DNA of 64,000 bases from Perkinsus chesapeaki ATCC PRA-425. Lineage: Eukaryota > Protista > Perkinsozoa. This document shows positions 1 through 11,521 of this stretch, piece after piece; position 1 is the stretch's first letter, and every line of letters begins with the position of its first letter. A program made the translations under genes and the position numbers. Under the pieces are notes generated by a model. The model saw nothing but the letters and a program-made list of their open reading frames with translations, was not told where the DNA came from and made no database searches. The stretch is taken from positions 1 through 64,000 of the forward strand of contig JAAPAO010000077.1 in assembly GCA_013115145.1 (NCBI GenBank). Reading direction: 5' to 3'.

Positions 1-140
1 ATTATTAAGTTGAACTTGTTTAAGACTTGTTCACTTCGTTCCATTTGGCATTGAGTTGTCTATAGGAACATCAGCACTTCCAAAGCCTAGCGCCAGAATT
101 GCCCAAGTGCAATCAATATGTTATCGGCCTACAACAAATT

Positions 141-1085
141 TCAAACGGCCCCGGAAAGCCACCCGCGAAGATATACCCTACGGGTTACTTTCCAAGACAT
201 TCCCTCAATGCCAAGGTCGCTGGTTCGATCCCCAGGCCCGACATCCTCTTACCTCTGTCTCTTATTATCAGCAGCCATGCCAGGACCATCAGGACGCGAC
301 ATCTGCCTCTTCTCACTGTAACTAAGATGCAAGTGTAACGTCGACATGAGAATCTCAGGAAATTCCGGCCATTTAAAAAGTCTCAGCACCTACACAGTGC
401 CGCGAAATCCTCCCCTATTGCCTACTTGGCAGCCACTGCAGAGGTCCTAACAGGCGCCGCCTTAATCCTCGCTTCCCGTTCCTTTTCAAGTTTCTCCTTC
501 TGCGCCTTCGCCAGCTTTTCCCGCATTTCCCTATCCTTCTCCAACTGCTCCTTCATCCTGGCCTCGCGGTCAGCTCGCTCCTTCGCCATCTTCTCCGCTG
601 CGATCTTGTCCCGCTCCGCCTGCTCCTTCGCATCTATTTTCGACCACACCCGCTGGCAACAATCATACTTAGCATCCTTGAAACAAAACCAAGTAAAGTC
701 CAATTTCCTGGCGCGTGACGATTACCAACGGGGATATGTGCCAGCCACCAGTCACTTCCACGCCTTCGCCCCACTTGGCCACCTTCGCCTTGCACTGAAA
801 GCCCTTGCGCTCCTCACCAACATCGATAACCTACTCACCAAGGCAGGAGTCATTCCCACAAGGCAGGAACTTACTGTGCGCTCCTCCACTTTAAAGTCGA
901 TAAGCTCATCATCCCCTCCTTCCTGCAGCTCGAGCATCTTTCTAAGCCGTGCTGTGGTGGCTGGTATTATTAGATTACCAAACTCACTGCCTGAAAGGCA
1001 TCAACACATTGGTATTGTAAACAATGAGAACAACAGTAAAGAGAGATTCGGTGACCTAAATCTACGTGTGGAGATACCTAAGGGC
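141..1085 (-). CDS. Multi-exon hypothetical protein with a dsRBM-like segment and a K/E/R coiled coil (5' end uncertain)
   Basis: ORF pieces 752..937 and 422..703 join through GT-AG introns to give LRKMLELQ..IDFKVEERT..GFQCKAKVAKWGEGVEVTGGWHISPLDAKYDCCQRVW followed by a charged coiled coil. The last exon ends RVYLRGWLSGAV* at 141. Confidence 0.5.
213..243 (+). other. tRNA 3'-end-like fragment inside intron 178..252 (antisense to the host gene)
   Basis: AAGGTCGCTGG-TTCGATC-CCCAGGCCCGACA; 20 nt from T54 to the final A. Confidence 0.6.
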
Positions 1086-2848
1086 AGCCAACGTTAATTT
1101 ATACAGTGCTTCTGAAGAGGCAGAAAACTTCATCACAGAAGTCACACCACCACAACCACCAGCAGCAGCACCACCAGCAGCAGTAACAAAGATTCACTGT
1201 TAGAGCAGTCATTATAGGGAAGAAGTGATGCTTTCCATTTTACCGTGTATGGTGACTCGGTATTTCGCGAGGCTTTGAAAGTGCACCAATTTTTCTAACC
1301 GAAATCTAGACATATTTTCAGCTCAACTACTCTAATACGAGTTGATGAACCGTTCGACTCTCTATCGTTTCCATCTCTCTAAGACTTCTCTTCATTATTT
1401 TCTTCCACTAGAGGGGCTAATATTCGTTCGGATTTACTTATCAGATATTCCGGCATCGTATAACGCGAATTGTGAGTGCTGTGGAGCTAGAAGAGGTAGT
1501 AGCTACGTCGACACAATACGGTTTAAAGACATCCCTAATCTACAATAGAATTCACTTTAAGACGCAGGCTCTTAAGAAGAGCTCTTTGGTGCACATTGAG
1601 AACAAGCAAAGATCGGCTCCTAGAGGAGAGAGCGGTATGAACTACGATACACCTTCACTGAGTATCCTATCAAACCTCTACTTTAAAAGTCCAGCTATGT
1701 TCACCCGAACTTTATCATCCTCGGCTATGTCATACAAAAGCCCACATTCGCACAACGTTTCGCACAGCGGCGGCCTTGAGCCCGAGGCCGCCGATGCCGC
1801 AGGCGCCGTTGATGTCCATCTTCACTAAGAGCCTTAGTCTTAGCCTTATCAACAACCCACTCCTACTGTTAATCATATATCGCAGCCTACCTCTAGGCGG
1901 CCACATCCGCCGCACTATAGCACCACCACATGCCGCTGTCTCGTACTGGAGGCTAGGGAAGATGATGGTCAAGGTCGTGAGACTGGATAATGGTGGTCAA
2001 GTGCCAACGCTCTTTTTACTGTCTAAGATGCAGTACCCGTAGGACCATTTTTAACAAGTTCACCGTTCCATAGCTTCCGAAGCGCTATGGAATCTTCGCC
2101 GTTCGCAAATTGTATGGTACGCTGGTTTAAAACCAGCGCAACAGATGAGCCAGTCTTTCCTGTTGCCCTTATCCTCATCCCCTATTTTCTCTCATCGAAC
2201 ATACTCTACCCCCTATAGCAAGTACAGCAGCCTTATAGTATCCAGTGAGACCCATATCGGTAATCGAATTTCGCTTATTCGCCGTTGTCATTGAATAACG
2301 ACTGGTCCGTCACATACAAGCAAGGACGGGGTGATCAAGGGATTGCAAAGACATGTTCTTCGAGGATCGAAAAGCATTCTAAGTTTGAAGATCCACTAGT
2401 CCCTTTTTCAGTAGGAAAATGAAAATCTAACACGCCTCCCGTTCATCTACAACTCGACTGCAGGCATCTTAATGATGCTACGGATGGTATTAAAATTCAC
2501 CAGACTCTTCACTAGACTCATAAACGTTCATTACTCTCTTAGTGCCTTTGATCACCTAGCCTTATGCCTAGCTCGGCACCATCGCAAACCCAACTGCTAG
2601 TAATCAACATGTGCGATTGCCTCCATCTATGAGCGAAGACAAGGAGCTCCGAGAGATTTTCACCAGAGTGAGTAAATTGGAGTAAATTCAAAGGAAAATT
2701 CAACAAGGGCTCCAATGACCGAGCCGGAGGATTTGGTATAGAATTATCTGGCCTACTAGGTCTAGGTACTACCAACGCGGAGACCACAAGCAGATCTACA
2801 AGCAAATGGTCCTCCTAGGAAAATCGTCAAGCAATAACCGGCCCTCTC

Positions 2849-4395
2849 TCAATTACAATTCTTTTCCAAGAACTCCTCGAGAGGTATCCCCTTCAACGTT
2901 ATAGCCGCATGAGCTGCAGCCTGTACTGCCACCCTTTCATCCGATTGATAACCTCCGTCAAAATCTACTCTTCCACCTCCATTAGGCTGCTGATACCAAT
3001 ATACTGTACAGCGATAAGGTAGGCCCTGAGCAAGGTTTATACCGATAATACACAACTTCCTCTGAACTCCTAGTGCACTGCTTTGAGCCTAGAAATTATA
3101 TAATATTAAACTTAGTAATTGAAATTAAATATTAACTATCGCAAAAGTACACAAACGTAAGTGCATGTCGATATATCGAAGATAAAGAGATCCCCTCTCA
3201 CAAAAGTATAAGCTCAGAAATGCCCCCTGAAGTTATTCTGACACCTCTAGCTGTGAACTACCTTGCTGGTCGCCTCCGACCTATTAGCCGAATGCAAATC
3301 ATGCACAACTTCCAAATGTATTCCCCGTTGCTCCAGGTACCTATGTTAAAAATACCCCCTTTTTCTGGCGGAGCGAAGCAAGTACTCTGCCAGAGCCTTC
3401 CGAAAGTCCATAGTGTACGGCAACACCGACGAAGCTCTGATTTCCTTCCGGCGTCCATCAGCCTTCACTGCCAATCTTCGACGCTCCTCCTCATCGAGAA
3501 GAGTTTCACCACCGGAAACAGGCATGCGGAATTGCATAGGAGGCGGAACGGAAACAGGCTGAGTCCTGAATTCGAGCTAATTCTTGCGCGCCACGAATTT
3601 ATCTATTATTACAGTAGAATGCTTCTCAGATATGCTACCCTCGACACACCGTTATCATCCTCGTATTCGTCGTAGGCAATTGGCCTGTGATGAGGCGCTG
3701 CCGTCGAGAACACTGGTAGGCCAGGCTCAGGAGGCAAGTATCTGACACCTCTAGCTGCCACCCTAGTGAATTGAGATGGTTTCGCGAGTTCGCCTTATTT
3801 ACTCCATTCCCCAAAACCCTCCGTATAGATCAAACTTTTCATATATGCTACGAATTGTTGATCCAGGAAAGGGTATCTCATAGAGCTCCCGCTTCCACGA
3901 CTAAGTCGCGTAAAAACCCAGCACTTCTCCAACAACAGCTTTTGTCGAAGTCTTCATGGCGATTCCGAAAGATGAGCCCGTTTAGCTATCCCTGGTAGAT
4001 TACACCGGAAATCTCAGAAAATGCCTCCAAGTAAAAATTGAGATTCTAAAATATATTTCAAGCCTCATCCCCATTCAGTTCCGTAATTACACTTCCCGTG
4101 GCAGCTTGTCAGCTTCGCATTTCTCGCTCTTGTGGTCGTCTGGTCTGCGAGGGGGAGATGATGTTTGGCGAGAAGGAGCAGAAGGGAATTACTTTTCGTC
4201 GGTTCCCGAAACGCTTTGCTCCACCTTAGCATCAGTCATATCGACATCACTGTCGAGTTTGGGCACTAATAAAATAGATTTCGAGTGAATATCTTAGCTC
4301 GGAGCGTGCAAGATACAAAGTAGGTCAGAAATACTACCTTCGTCCTCCACAGTTTTCACTGCCTCCTCAGTGTTGCTGGCCACCTGTTGATCCAT
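2849..4395 (-). CDS. Multi-exon hypothetical protein with a dsRBM-like domain
   Basis: Spliced reading MDQQVASNTEE...MDFRKALAE|YLEQRGIHLEVVHDLH...YRCTVYWYQQPNGGGRVDFDGGYQSDERVAVQAAAHAAITLKG with short GT-AG introns; ends uncertain. Confidence 0.45.
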
Positions 4396-4528
4396 AGACG
4401 GCAAACGGCTATCGAGTCATATTGAAATCACTCCAACTAAATTTCTCCTCCATAAAGAGTAGTGAAACGATCAGTACAACAACTGGTACGGGCTGAGAAA
4501 TTGTATACCGACACACCAGCAGGAGCTT

Positions 4529-5977
4529 TCACTGGAAGAACAACGAGCCCATACCAGATCGATGACGCGTGAGATTCAGGCAAGCCTTCAGCGACAGGCC
4601 CACCGAGCCCAGAGCATTTACCACATTCAACAGAATCGATGTCACCATCACGGCGTTGCTCCCCACCGGCTTTCGCATATACGGCCAGTCGGTGAGCTTG
4701 AACTCGATGCTTCGACCGTATACAGTATCTTCTCTCAATACATCCTTCCACACCTGAGGAGCCTGAAGAGCCTCCCTCAAAGCCGCAATGACCGGCGAAA
4801 GACTTCGCTGATCCGTACTAGTAACTCGTATCTTATTAGGGGCATTGAACATAATACCAACCACGGGATTAACCGGGCCTTCGACATGCCGACTCGCTTT
4901 CTCTGGGCGGCGCCAATAGATCACCGGAAGCTTTCCTTCGACCACTCCGGCGATTTCGAAATTCTGCTGCCACATTACTTGTAGAATATGTGAGAGCAAC
5001 AACCGCGTGTCCACCCTCGATTTGAAAAACGCATCGAACGGCAAGCCCTTCAGTACCCACTCCTGAGCTTCACCACACTCCTGCTGTCTCGCACAGCCAC
5101 GAGGCCATCCAGCCGCAATGGCGCCCGAGATTGCCGATACCAGGAACTGATCCAGGCCCTGATGAGGCGGACCAAACAGCCTTATCCGATCCTCCTGGTT
5201 GAAGCTGAGCCCGACGTACTCGCCGCGATCGGTCTCCTGAGGCAAATGATGGAAAAGCATCTTTGGCTTCAGTCCCTTAGAATCGGCCACCCTCATGGTG
5301 TTTGTTAGGCGATACCCAGACATCTCCTCGAGGCACACCAGCGCCCCCAGAATAGACTGACGAGCTGCCACGCCATCCGATCCGAAACAAATCCATGGAA
5401 CGGTATCGAGGGAAATATCCACCCCATCCGGAGCCTCGTCAACCGAGTCTACTTCCCACGATGTTTCCAGGCCGGCCTTCACCGAGGCCACCAGCGCCTT
5501 GCGGGTGTCCTGTGGCATCCCAGTGGTGACTGCGGTGACGCCTGACCACCCCTGGAGGGCGAGGCACAAATCTGGCGGGGGAGATGAGTCGTTCGGGTCC
5601 TCCCTAAGAATCCAGACTCTCAGAAATCCAAGCTTGCGGTGGACGATGTCGACATCCGTAATCATATTGAATCCAGAGCGGCGCACCGCGTCCATGAGCC
5701 CTAGAGCCAAGCGGCTCGTTTCAAATCTATCACCGTTGAAGTTCCACCACGGAAATCCTCGAAGCTTGAACTTATGCACGCCCGAAGACTCCTTAAGATT
5801 CTCATCTTTCTGCAGGCCATCGGTCCAAGAGGCGTTGATCGCCCGACGGACCTCATCGACGAGATGCTGCGGGCCTCGCTGGACATAGATCTTATCGTGG
5901 CCTAGAATGGCTATACTGCAGAAGCCTGCCGAGGTAGGAACGAAGGGGTAGGCCTCCTGGAAGTCTACCTTAAACAT
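4529..5977 (-). CDS. Uncharacterised four-repeat protein, array copy 1 (482 aa, intronless ORF)
   Basis: Open ORF; repeated F/W-K-L-x-G-x-P-W/F...R-x-L...G-F/W motif shared with the four neighbouring ORFs. Confidence 0.85.
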   Translation of the reverse strand: MFKVDFQEAYPFVPTSAGFCSIAILGHDKIYVQRGPQHLVDEVRRAINASWTDGLQKDENLKESSGVHKFKLRGFPWWNFNGDRFETSRLALGLMDAVRRSGFNMITDVDIVHRKLGFLRVWILREDPNDSSPPPDLCLALQGWSGVTAVTTGMPQDTRKALVASVKAGLETSWEVDSVDEAPDGVDISLDTVPWICFGSDGVAARQSILGALVCLEEMSGYRLTNTMRVADSKGLKPKMLFHHLPQETDRGEYVGLSFNQEDRIRLFGPPHQGLDQFLVSAISGAIAAGWPRGCARQQECGEAQEWVLKGLPFDAFFKSRVDTRLLLSHILQVMWQQNFEIAGVVEGKLPVIYWRRPEKASRHVEGPVNPVVGIMFNAPNKIRVTSTDQRSLSPVIAALREALQAPQVWKDVLREDTVYGRSIEFKLTDWPYMRKPVGSNAVMVTSILLNVVNALGSVGLSLKACLNLTRHRSGMGSLFFQ

Positions 5978-6261
5978 TAGGGGAAATAAATAAAGCTAAG
6001 GGGATATATCAACAGAGACCAGTCGAATAGCTACAAGCAAGGCCACAGTGACACTTTCGACAAACGTCAAGGATTGAAGGAGGAAGAAGAAGCAGAGCCA
6101 CCGTATAAGCAAATGAATCCCATGTCGATTTCATCGACGAGCTTTTTAAGCCCTCACAAACCAGTCAATGCGGCCACCTCAAAACTCAACATCGATCTCT
6201 AAAGGAAGAACCAAGTCTCCTGAAAGATTGTCAAGAACTATATGAAATTAGCCCTCCTCCT

Positions 6262-7836
6262 TCATACCCTCGGCGTGAAATACAACGATGAAAGCTGTAA
6301 CCTATACCACTCACTCTCAGTCGACACACACAGCCTCGACAGATCCAGCGAGGCCTTCAGTTCCCAACCTATCTCTGACATAACATTAATAACAGATATC
6401 AGGATTGCCGTCGGATAGATGACGGTCTTAGGTCCTGGCATCCACGTATGGAACGGGGACTTCACCAACTTCAACTGAGCTGATTTACCAAAGTCGCTTA
6501 AATCCTGAACAGCCTCGATGCTGAATTGAGGGGGGCAGAGAGCCATGCGTATCTTAGGTTGAAGCTCGTCCACCAGGGCTCTGTCTGGCGAGCATATCCT
6601 CATCTCATCGATATTATTAAACCACACACAGACGACCGGGGCCTCCTCCGAGCGCACCGCCTCGTTAGTCCTCCTGAACACCATGAAGGAAGTCTCCGCC
6701 AGCCGACCAGTGCAGTCGATCTTAGGCATGAGTTCGAATCCCAGCGACAACATTTTCTGTAATATCTTTGCCATGAGTATCCTAGCTTCAACCGTGTCCT
6801 CCATCTCAGTGCTCCACGGCTTACCCTGCAGCTTCCACTCGTATGCGTTCGTCCCGAACCCTCCCTCCCGATCAACACCATTCGCCCACGCCTTCGAGAT
6901 GACCCCTCCAATCTCCTGTTGAACCGACGCATCCAAGAACTCTCCCGGAGCTGGAAAGATTCTTATCAGGTCGGCTTCATCCAAACTCATCCCCATATAT
7001 TTCCCCCGATTTCCCGAAGCGGCTTCTGGCGGCGGCACCCTCAACACCAGGCTCGACTTGGCCCCGCGATTCTGCGACAAAGACAGCGTCCTCACCAATC
7101 TGTAGCCGGTCTGCCTCTCCAACTCCGTTATAACGCTCAATAAAATCTGCTTCGCTTCAACAGGTTTGTCACACCCCGCCGAAAAAGGCGCACCGGCCAA
7201 CTGGAACTGATAAGCCCCACTGTAATCTGTTTCACTGGTAATCTGCCAGCAGTTCACTATCCCTTGTCGAACTGCCTCCTGGACATTGAACAACCTATTG
7301 GCCTCATCTTCGAGAATGATACGAATATCATTTTTATCGTGAAGACTGATCATCAGATCTCTTCTAGAACTCCGTTCGCTCAATCTGTCGATCTTATGCA
7401 GCACCCATACTTGCACAAAGAACGGCCGAGACATATCCAAATCATCCACAATTCCCCATCCGACCTCTCGGAGCGCTTCCACCATCTTCAGAGCATATCT
7501 TCTTACATCAACCGTAGCTTTGCCATTCGCCGCCCAAACCCATTTAATAAACTCTATCTCGTGCAGCCCCTCCACTTTCTTGCATTTCCTATCATTCTTG
7601 ATAATTCCCTGATCCTTTACAGCCTTCCTCACCGCCTCGAGGACCTCCTCCGGGCATTTGTATCCATAAACTCGACTGCTATTGCTCAGCACCAATGCGC
7701 AGTATCCCTCGGAGGTCGGTGTGTAGGGCTCGGGCTCGCGGAGACCTTTGACACCACCGAACCCGATGCGGAGCTGGTTCAACTCATGAGTGCCGATACC
7801 GAATATTTTAATGCCAACAGGAGAGCTGTTTCCCAT
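6262..7836 (-). CDS. Uncharacterised four-repeat protein, array copy 2
   Basis: ORF 6262..7863; likely start MGNSSP at 7836 by analogy with paralogs; YEWKLQGKPWSTEMEDTVEARILM...GFELMPKIDC. Confidence 0.88.
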   Translation of the reverse strand: MGNSSPVGIKIFGIGTHELNQLRIGFGGVKGLREPEPYTPTSEGYCALVLSNSSRVYGYKCPEEVLEAVRKAVKDQGIIKNDRKCKKVEGLHEIEFIKWVWAANGKATVDVRRYALKMVEALREVGWGIVDDLDMSRPFFVQVWVLHKIDRLSERSSRRDLMISLHDKNDIRIILEDEANRLFNVQEAVRQGIVNCWQITSETDYSGAYQFQLAGAPFSAGCDKPVEAKQILLSVITELERQTGYRLVRTLSLSQNRGAKSSLVLRVPPPEAASGNRGKYMGMSLDEADLIRIFPAPGEFLDASVQQEIGGVISKAWANGVDREGGFGTNAYEWKLQGKPWSTEMEDTVEARILMAKILQKMLSLGFELMPKIDCTGRLAETSFMVFRRTNEAVRSEEAPVVCVWFNNIDEMRICSPDRALVDELQPKIRMALCPPQFSIEAVQDLSDFGKSAQLKLVKSPFHTWMPGPKTVIYPTAILISVINVMSEIGWELKASLDLSRLCVSTESEWYRLQLSSLYFTPRV

Positions 7837-7909
7837 AGTATCTTTTATACCTACGAAATGCACGCTTCAACCTCCCTTCCCCAACGCAACCCAGCCACTG
7901 TAAACAACT

Positions 7910-9442
7910 TCATCGTTCTTCATTGCGAGTAAAGTACATGGCAGAGCAATCTAATTTATACTGATTCTTATCATCCGCATGATACTTCCTCGACACATCC
8001 ATCGAAGCCCTCATCCTCCATCCCAAACCATACAGCCTGTCCACCAACGCCAACAAGACGCTTGAGCAATACAGCGAACTGTAAGAGTTTGTGCACGTGT
8101 GGAAGGGCATCCCTCTCAGTTTGATCTGCAGGCCGCGGCCGTAGCGACCAAACCGCTGTATTGGACTTGTAGAGATCGCCGGTGGTTCCAGAGACTCACG
8201 AATGACCTGTTCCATAGAGTCAATGATGGAATCTTCGGTACAGGTCAACCTAATATCATCTGCGTCATGCAAAGACAGCCCCAAAACCGGCTCGCTCTCC
8301 GGAAGTCTATTTCCTCCCTCTCGCGGGCGTCTAAACACCATCAAGGACATGTCCGCCAGCTTGCCACTGCAATCTATTTTAGGCATGAGTTCGAATCCCA
8401 GAGCCCACATCTTTTTCAGCATTTTCCCCACTAGTAGCCTAGAGTCGACAGTCTCGGTGCCGTGAGCATCCCAAGGTCGACCAAGCAACTTCCACTCGAA
8501 CGCCCCACCGTATTCCCCTTCCTTCTGGATTCCTCGAGGCCAGCCCTCAACGATCGCAGCTCGGAGAGAATCTTTGACAGTTTCATCAAGCGGCTCTCCC
8601 GGGAGACTGATCAATCGGACATCATCTGTATCATTCAAGCTCAACCCAAGATACTCCACCGGCCCACTTTCACCATAATCCTCGACTTGCCGAAATATCA
8701 AGCTTGATTTCGACCCTTGCCCCACCGATAGACTCAGCGACTTGTACAGTTTCGCACCGGTCTGCTTCTCGACTTGGGCGCAGATCGCCAAAAGCATCCT
8801 CCTGATCTTGACGGAATTCTCCCCGTTAGCTCCGAAGGCCCCAAACGGAGACCCCTTCAGCACAAACTGGTGTACTCCGCCATATTCGTTTTCCTTGGAG
8901 ACCTTCCAGCAAGCTTCGATAGCATTTCGGACAGCTTCAATAACACTATGGGTCCTCAAAGGGTCACTCTCACATAACACTCTGACATCGTCACTCGAAT
9001 GCATGCTTACCATAAAGTCCTTTCTATTAGGCCGAGGGTTGTAGTCACCAACAGCGTCACTGCGCCGCAAAATCCACACTTGCATCAACCCAGCTCGAGA
9101 CATATCAACCTCCTCCACTATTTCCCAACCTCGCTTGCTGAGTTCCTCGACAACTCTCATAATTATCCTTCGGACCTCAACAGTCTTTTTACCATTGGAC
9201 ATCCACAGGCGACTTGACAGATTGAACTTATGCAGCCCCGGCGCTTTCTCCGACAAACCATCCCCCTTCAGATTCTCCCTTCCCAGCCCTTCCCGAATTG
9301 CTCCAAGCACTTCCTCCGGGCACTTGAGCCCATACATTGCACCCAAGCCACATAGAGTAATAGCACAGAGACCTTGAGACGTGACAGTGTGCGGGCTGGG
9401 CTCCGACAGGCCTTCAAGACCACCGCAGCAAACCACACCCAT
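7910..9442 (-). CDS. Uncharacterised four-repeat protein, array copy 3 (510 aa)
   Basis: ORF starting MGVVCCGG; FEWKLLGRPWDAHGTETVDSRLLVG...GFELMPKIDCSGKLADMS. Confidence 0.9.
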   Translation of the reverse strand: MGVVCCGGLEGLSEPSPHTVTSQGLCAITLCGLGAMYGLKCPEEVLGAIREGLGRENLKGDGLSEKAPGLHKFNLSSRLWMSNGKKTVEVRRIIMRVVEELSKRGWEIVEEVDMSRAGLMQVWILRRSDAVGDYNPRPNRKDFMVSMHSSDDVRVLCESDPLRTHSVIEAVRNAIEACWKVSKENEYGGVHQFVLKGSPFGAFGANGENSVKIRRMLLAICAQVEKQTGAKLYKSLSLSVGQGSKSSLIFRQVEDYGESGPVEYLGLSLNDTDDVRLISLPGEPLDETVKDSLRAAIVEGWPRGIQKEGEYGGAFEWKLLGRPWDAHGTETVDSRLLVGKMLKKMWALGFELMPKIDCSGKLADMSLMVFRRPREGGNRLPESEPVLGLSLHDADDIRLTCTEDSIIDSMEQVIRESLEPPAISTSPIQRFGRYGRGLQIKLRGMPFHTCTNSYSSLYCSSVLLALVDRLYGLGWRMRASMDVSRKYHADDKNQYKLDCSAMYFTRNEER

Positions 9443-9716
9443 TCACAAAAATACCTAAAATAGAAGATTCGCCAGAGGAACACAACGACTAGCTGAGGAG
9501 AAGATGAGCAAATAAATAAATGTCTATCCCAGACATCATCGAGGATTATCTAGTACTAGAGTATACAGAAGATACGGTCCAAGCCGGTATACAAATGCCA
9601 AAGCGAACTAGGGCCGTCGGTGACTTGGCGATGGTGTTCGGTGGCAGCAAAGGTATGAATAATACCATATAAACTGGCATAAGGTTGAAAACCGTGATCA
9701 CAGTCTATTTAATCTA

Positions 9717-11321
9717 TCAAACTGCTTTGACGAAATACAGCGAGGAAAGGTCGTCTTTGCACCTTCTTTCTGGACCACTGTTACCTCCACCATCGAACCC
9801 ATTTGAAACTCCGCCGTTATTTTGCCATCTCTGTTGGCCGCCACGATTTGGCATATTATTCTGATTTTGAGAATTTTCCACTCGAATCTTCCCCGAGACA
9901 TCCAAGGAGCCTTTCAGCACCCATCCAAGCTCTATTAAAGCATCAACCAAGCTCAATACGAGACATCCGGCTACCTTTGCCGTGGAGGAGCTAACATAAC
10001 TTTTAAAAGGCCACCCGTGAATTTTAAACTCATAAGATCTTCCATACCACCTGCAGTCTTGAACAGCGTCCATGGAAAGGTTGGGAGGTCCCAAACTTGC
10101 ACGCATGCGCAAAGATACTCCTTCAACCAAGCCCCCATCAGTGCAGGAAACGCGTATCCTGTCCTCTCGATGAAATGACAGACATAAAACCGGCGGCGCC
10201 GGTAAAACTCGAATTGGCATCTCCATCGGCGGCCGACGAAATGGCATAAAGGACATATCTTCCAGCTTGCTACTGCAATCAATTTTAGGCATAAGTTCGA
10301 ACCCCAGGCCCAACATTTTTCCAATTATATTCCCAACTACCAGTCTCGCATCGATCGTCTCCGTACCATCGGCGCGCCACGGATACCCTCGAAGCTTCCA
10401 CTCGTAACTTCCACCATACTCCCCCTCACTCTGCACTCCCTGAGGCCACATTTCACCAATTGCACGCCCAATTTCGTCACGCGCCACAAAATCCACAGAC
10501 TCCCCGGGCGGCGCCATGATCCTTATACGATCATATCCATTAAGGCTGATTCCAAGATACGTTCCTCGGCCACCCAATCGGAGCTCATCAGAGTCACGCG
10601 CCTCAAAAATCAGACTGGATTTGGATTGATCCTTCCCAGACAATATAAAAGACCTCTTCAAAAGATACCCACGACCTTCGAGCTCTTCGCAAATCCCCAG
10701 TAACATCTTCCTCACGGCAACCGTTTCGCTTCCGTCGGCGTTAAACGGGAAGCCACTCAACTTGAATTCATACGTCCCCCCATAGAGACATTCGCCCGAT
10801 AATTTCCAGGCGCGCGAGATTCCCTGCCGTACAGCTTCTTGAACAGCCTCAACTCGCAAAGGCTCATCCTCAACAAGCAAACGAACGTCATCATAATCAT
10901 GCAAACTGACCATCACACTTCTCCTCGGCCCTCGAGGTGCCGATTCGACCTTCCTTAATATCCAGGCGCGCAAGAAATATTTCTTGGAGACATTCGCTTC
11001 CTCCAAGACCTCCCATCCAACCCTTCTGATAGCGTCCAGAATTCTCATACTGCACCATCTCGTCTCCATCGTTCCCGAGCCAACTGCTTGCCAAACATAA
11101 TCGCGTAAAGTGAATTTTTGAAGCCCTTTCGCCTTGCTCGAAGGGCCTTCTCTGAGAATCAATGCCGGCCCCAAAGCCGCCCTTATCGCCTGTATGACCT
11201 CCTCAGGACACTTTAACGTATATATGTGATGATAGTCAGATAGGAGCACGAGTGCTAGGCCTTGATGGGTCGGTTGGAGAGGACGGCCGACATCTAGAGA
11301 TGATAAGGGATTGTTACCCAT
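9717..11321 (-). CDS. Uncharacterised four-repeat protein, array copy 4 (534 aa)
   Basis: ORF starting MGNNPL; YEWKLRGYPWRADGTETIDARLVVG...GFELMPKIDCSSKLEDMS. Confidence 0.9.
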   Translation of the reverse strand: MGNNPLSSLDVGRPLQPTHQGLALVLLSDYHHIYTLKCPEEVIQAIRAALGPALILREGPSSKAKGLQKFTLRDYVWQAVGSGTMETRWCSMRILDAIRRVGWEVLEEANVSKKYFLRAWILRKVESAPRGPRRSVMVSLHDYDDVRLLVEDEPLRVEAVQEAVRQGISRAWKLSGECLYGGTYEFKLSGFPFNADGSETVAVRKMLLGICEELEGRGYLLKRSFILSGKDQSKSSLIFEARDSDELRLGGRGTYLGISLNGYDRIRIMAPPGESVDFVARDEIGRAIGEMWPQGVQSEGEYGGSYEWKLRGYPWRADGTETIDARLVVGNIIGKMLGLGFELMPKIDCSSKLEDMSFMPFRRPPMEMPIRVLPAPPVLCLSFHREDRIRVSCTDGGLVEGVSLRMRASLGPPNLSMDAVQDCRWYGRSYEFKIHGWPFKSYVSSSTAKVAGCLVLSLVDALIELGWVLKGSLDVSGKIRVENSQNQNNMPNRGGQQRWQNNGGVSNGFDGGGNSGPERRCKDDLSSLYFVKAV

Positions 11322-11521
11322 AATAAAACTGACAGGAATTTACCGGAAAAATATTACAATTTCTTAAAAGGTTAATTTTATTAAAGGGAATTAACCGATT
11401 AAAGGTCTATTACTCTACAGAAATCAGTTCAACACTGGAGCTGTTCCACCAAGTAGATACCCTTCAAACTCAACAAGGTAGAGAAAAATACGGTATGATC
11501 AACAAAACCATGCATGTCATT

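Noticed and set aside
426-1097. 223-aa plus-strand ORF and similar antisense ORFs (4562..4984, 7264..7932, 31085..31837, 36293..36904)
   Set aside because: They are shadows of minus-strand coding regions with no recognisable motifs
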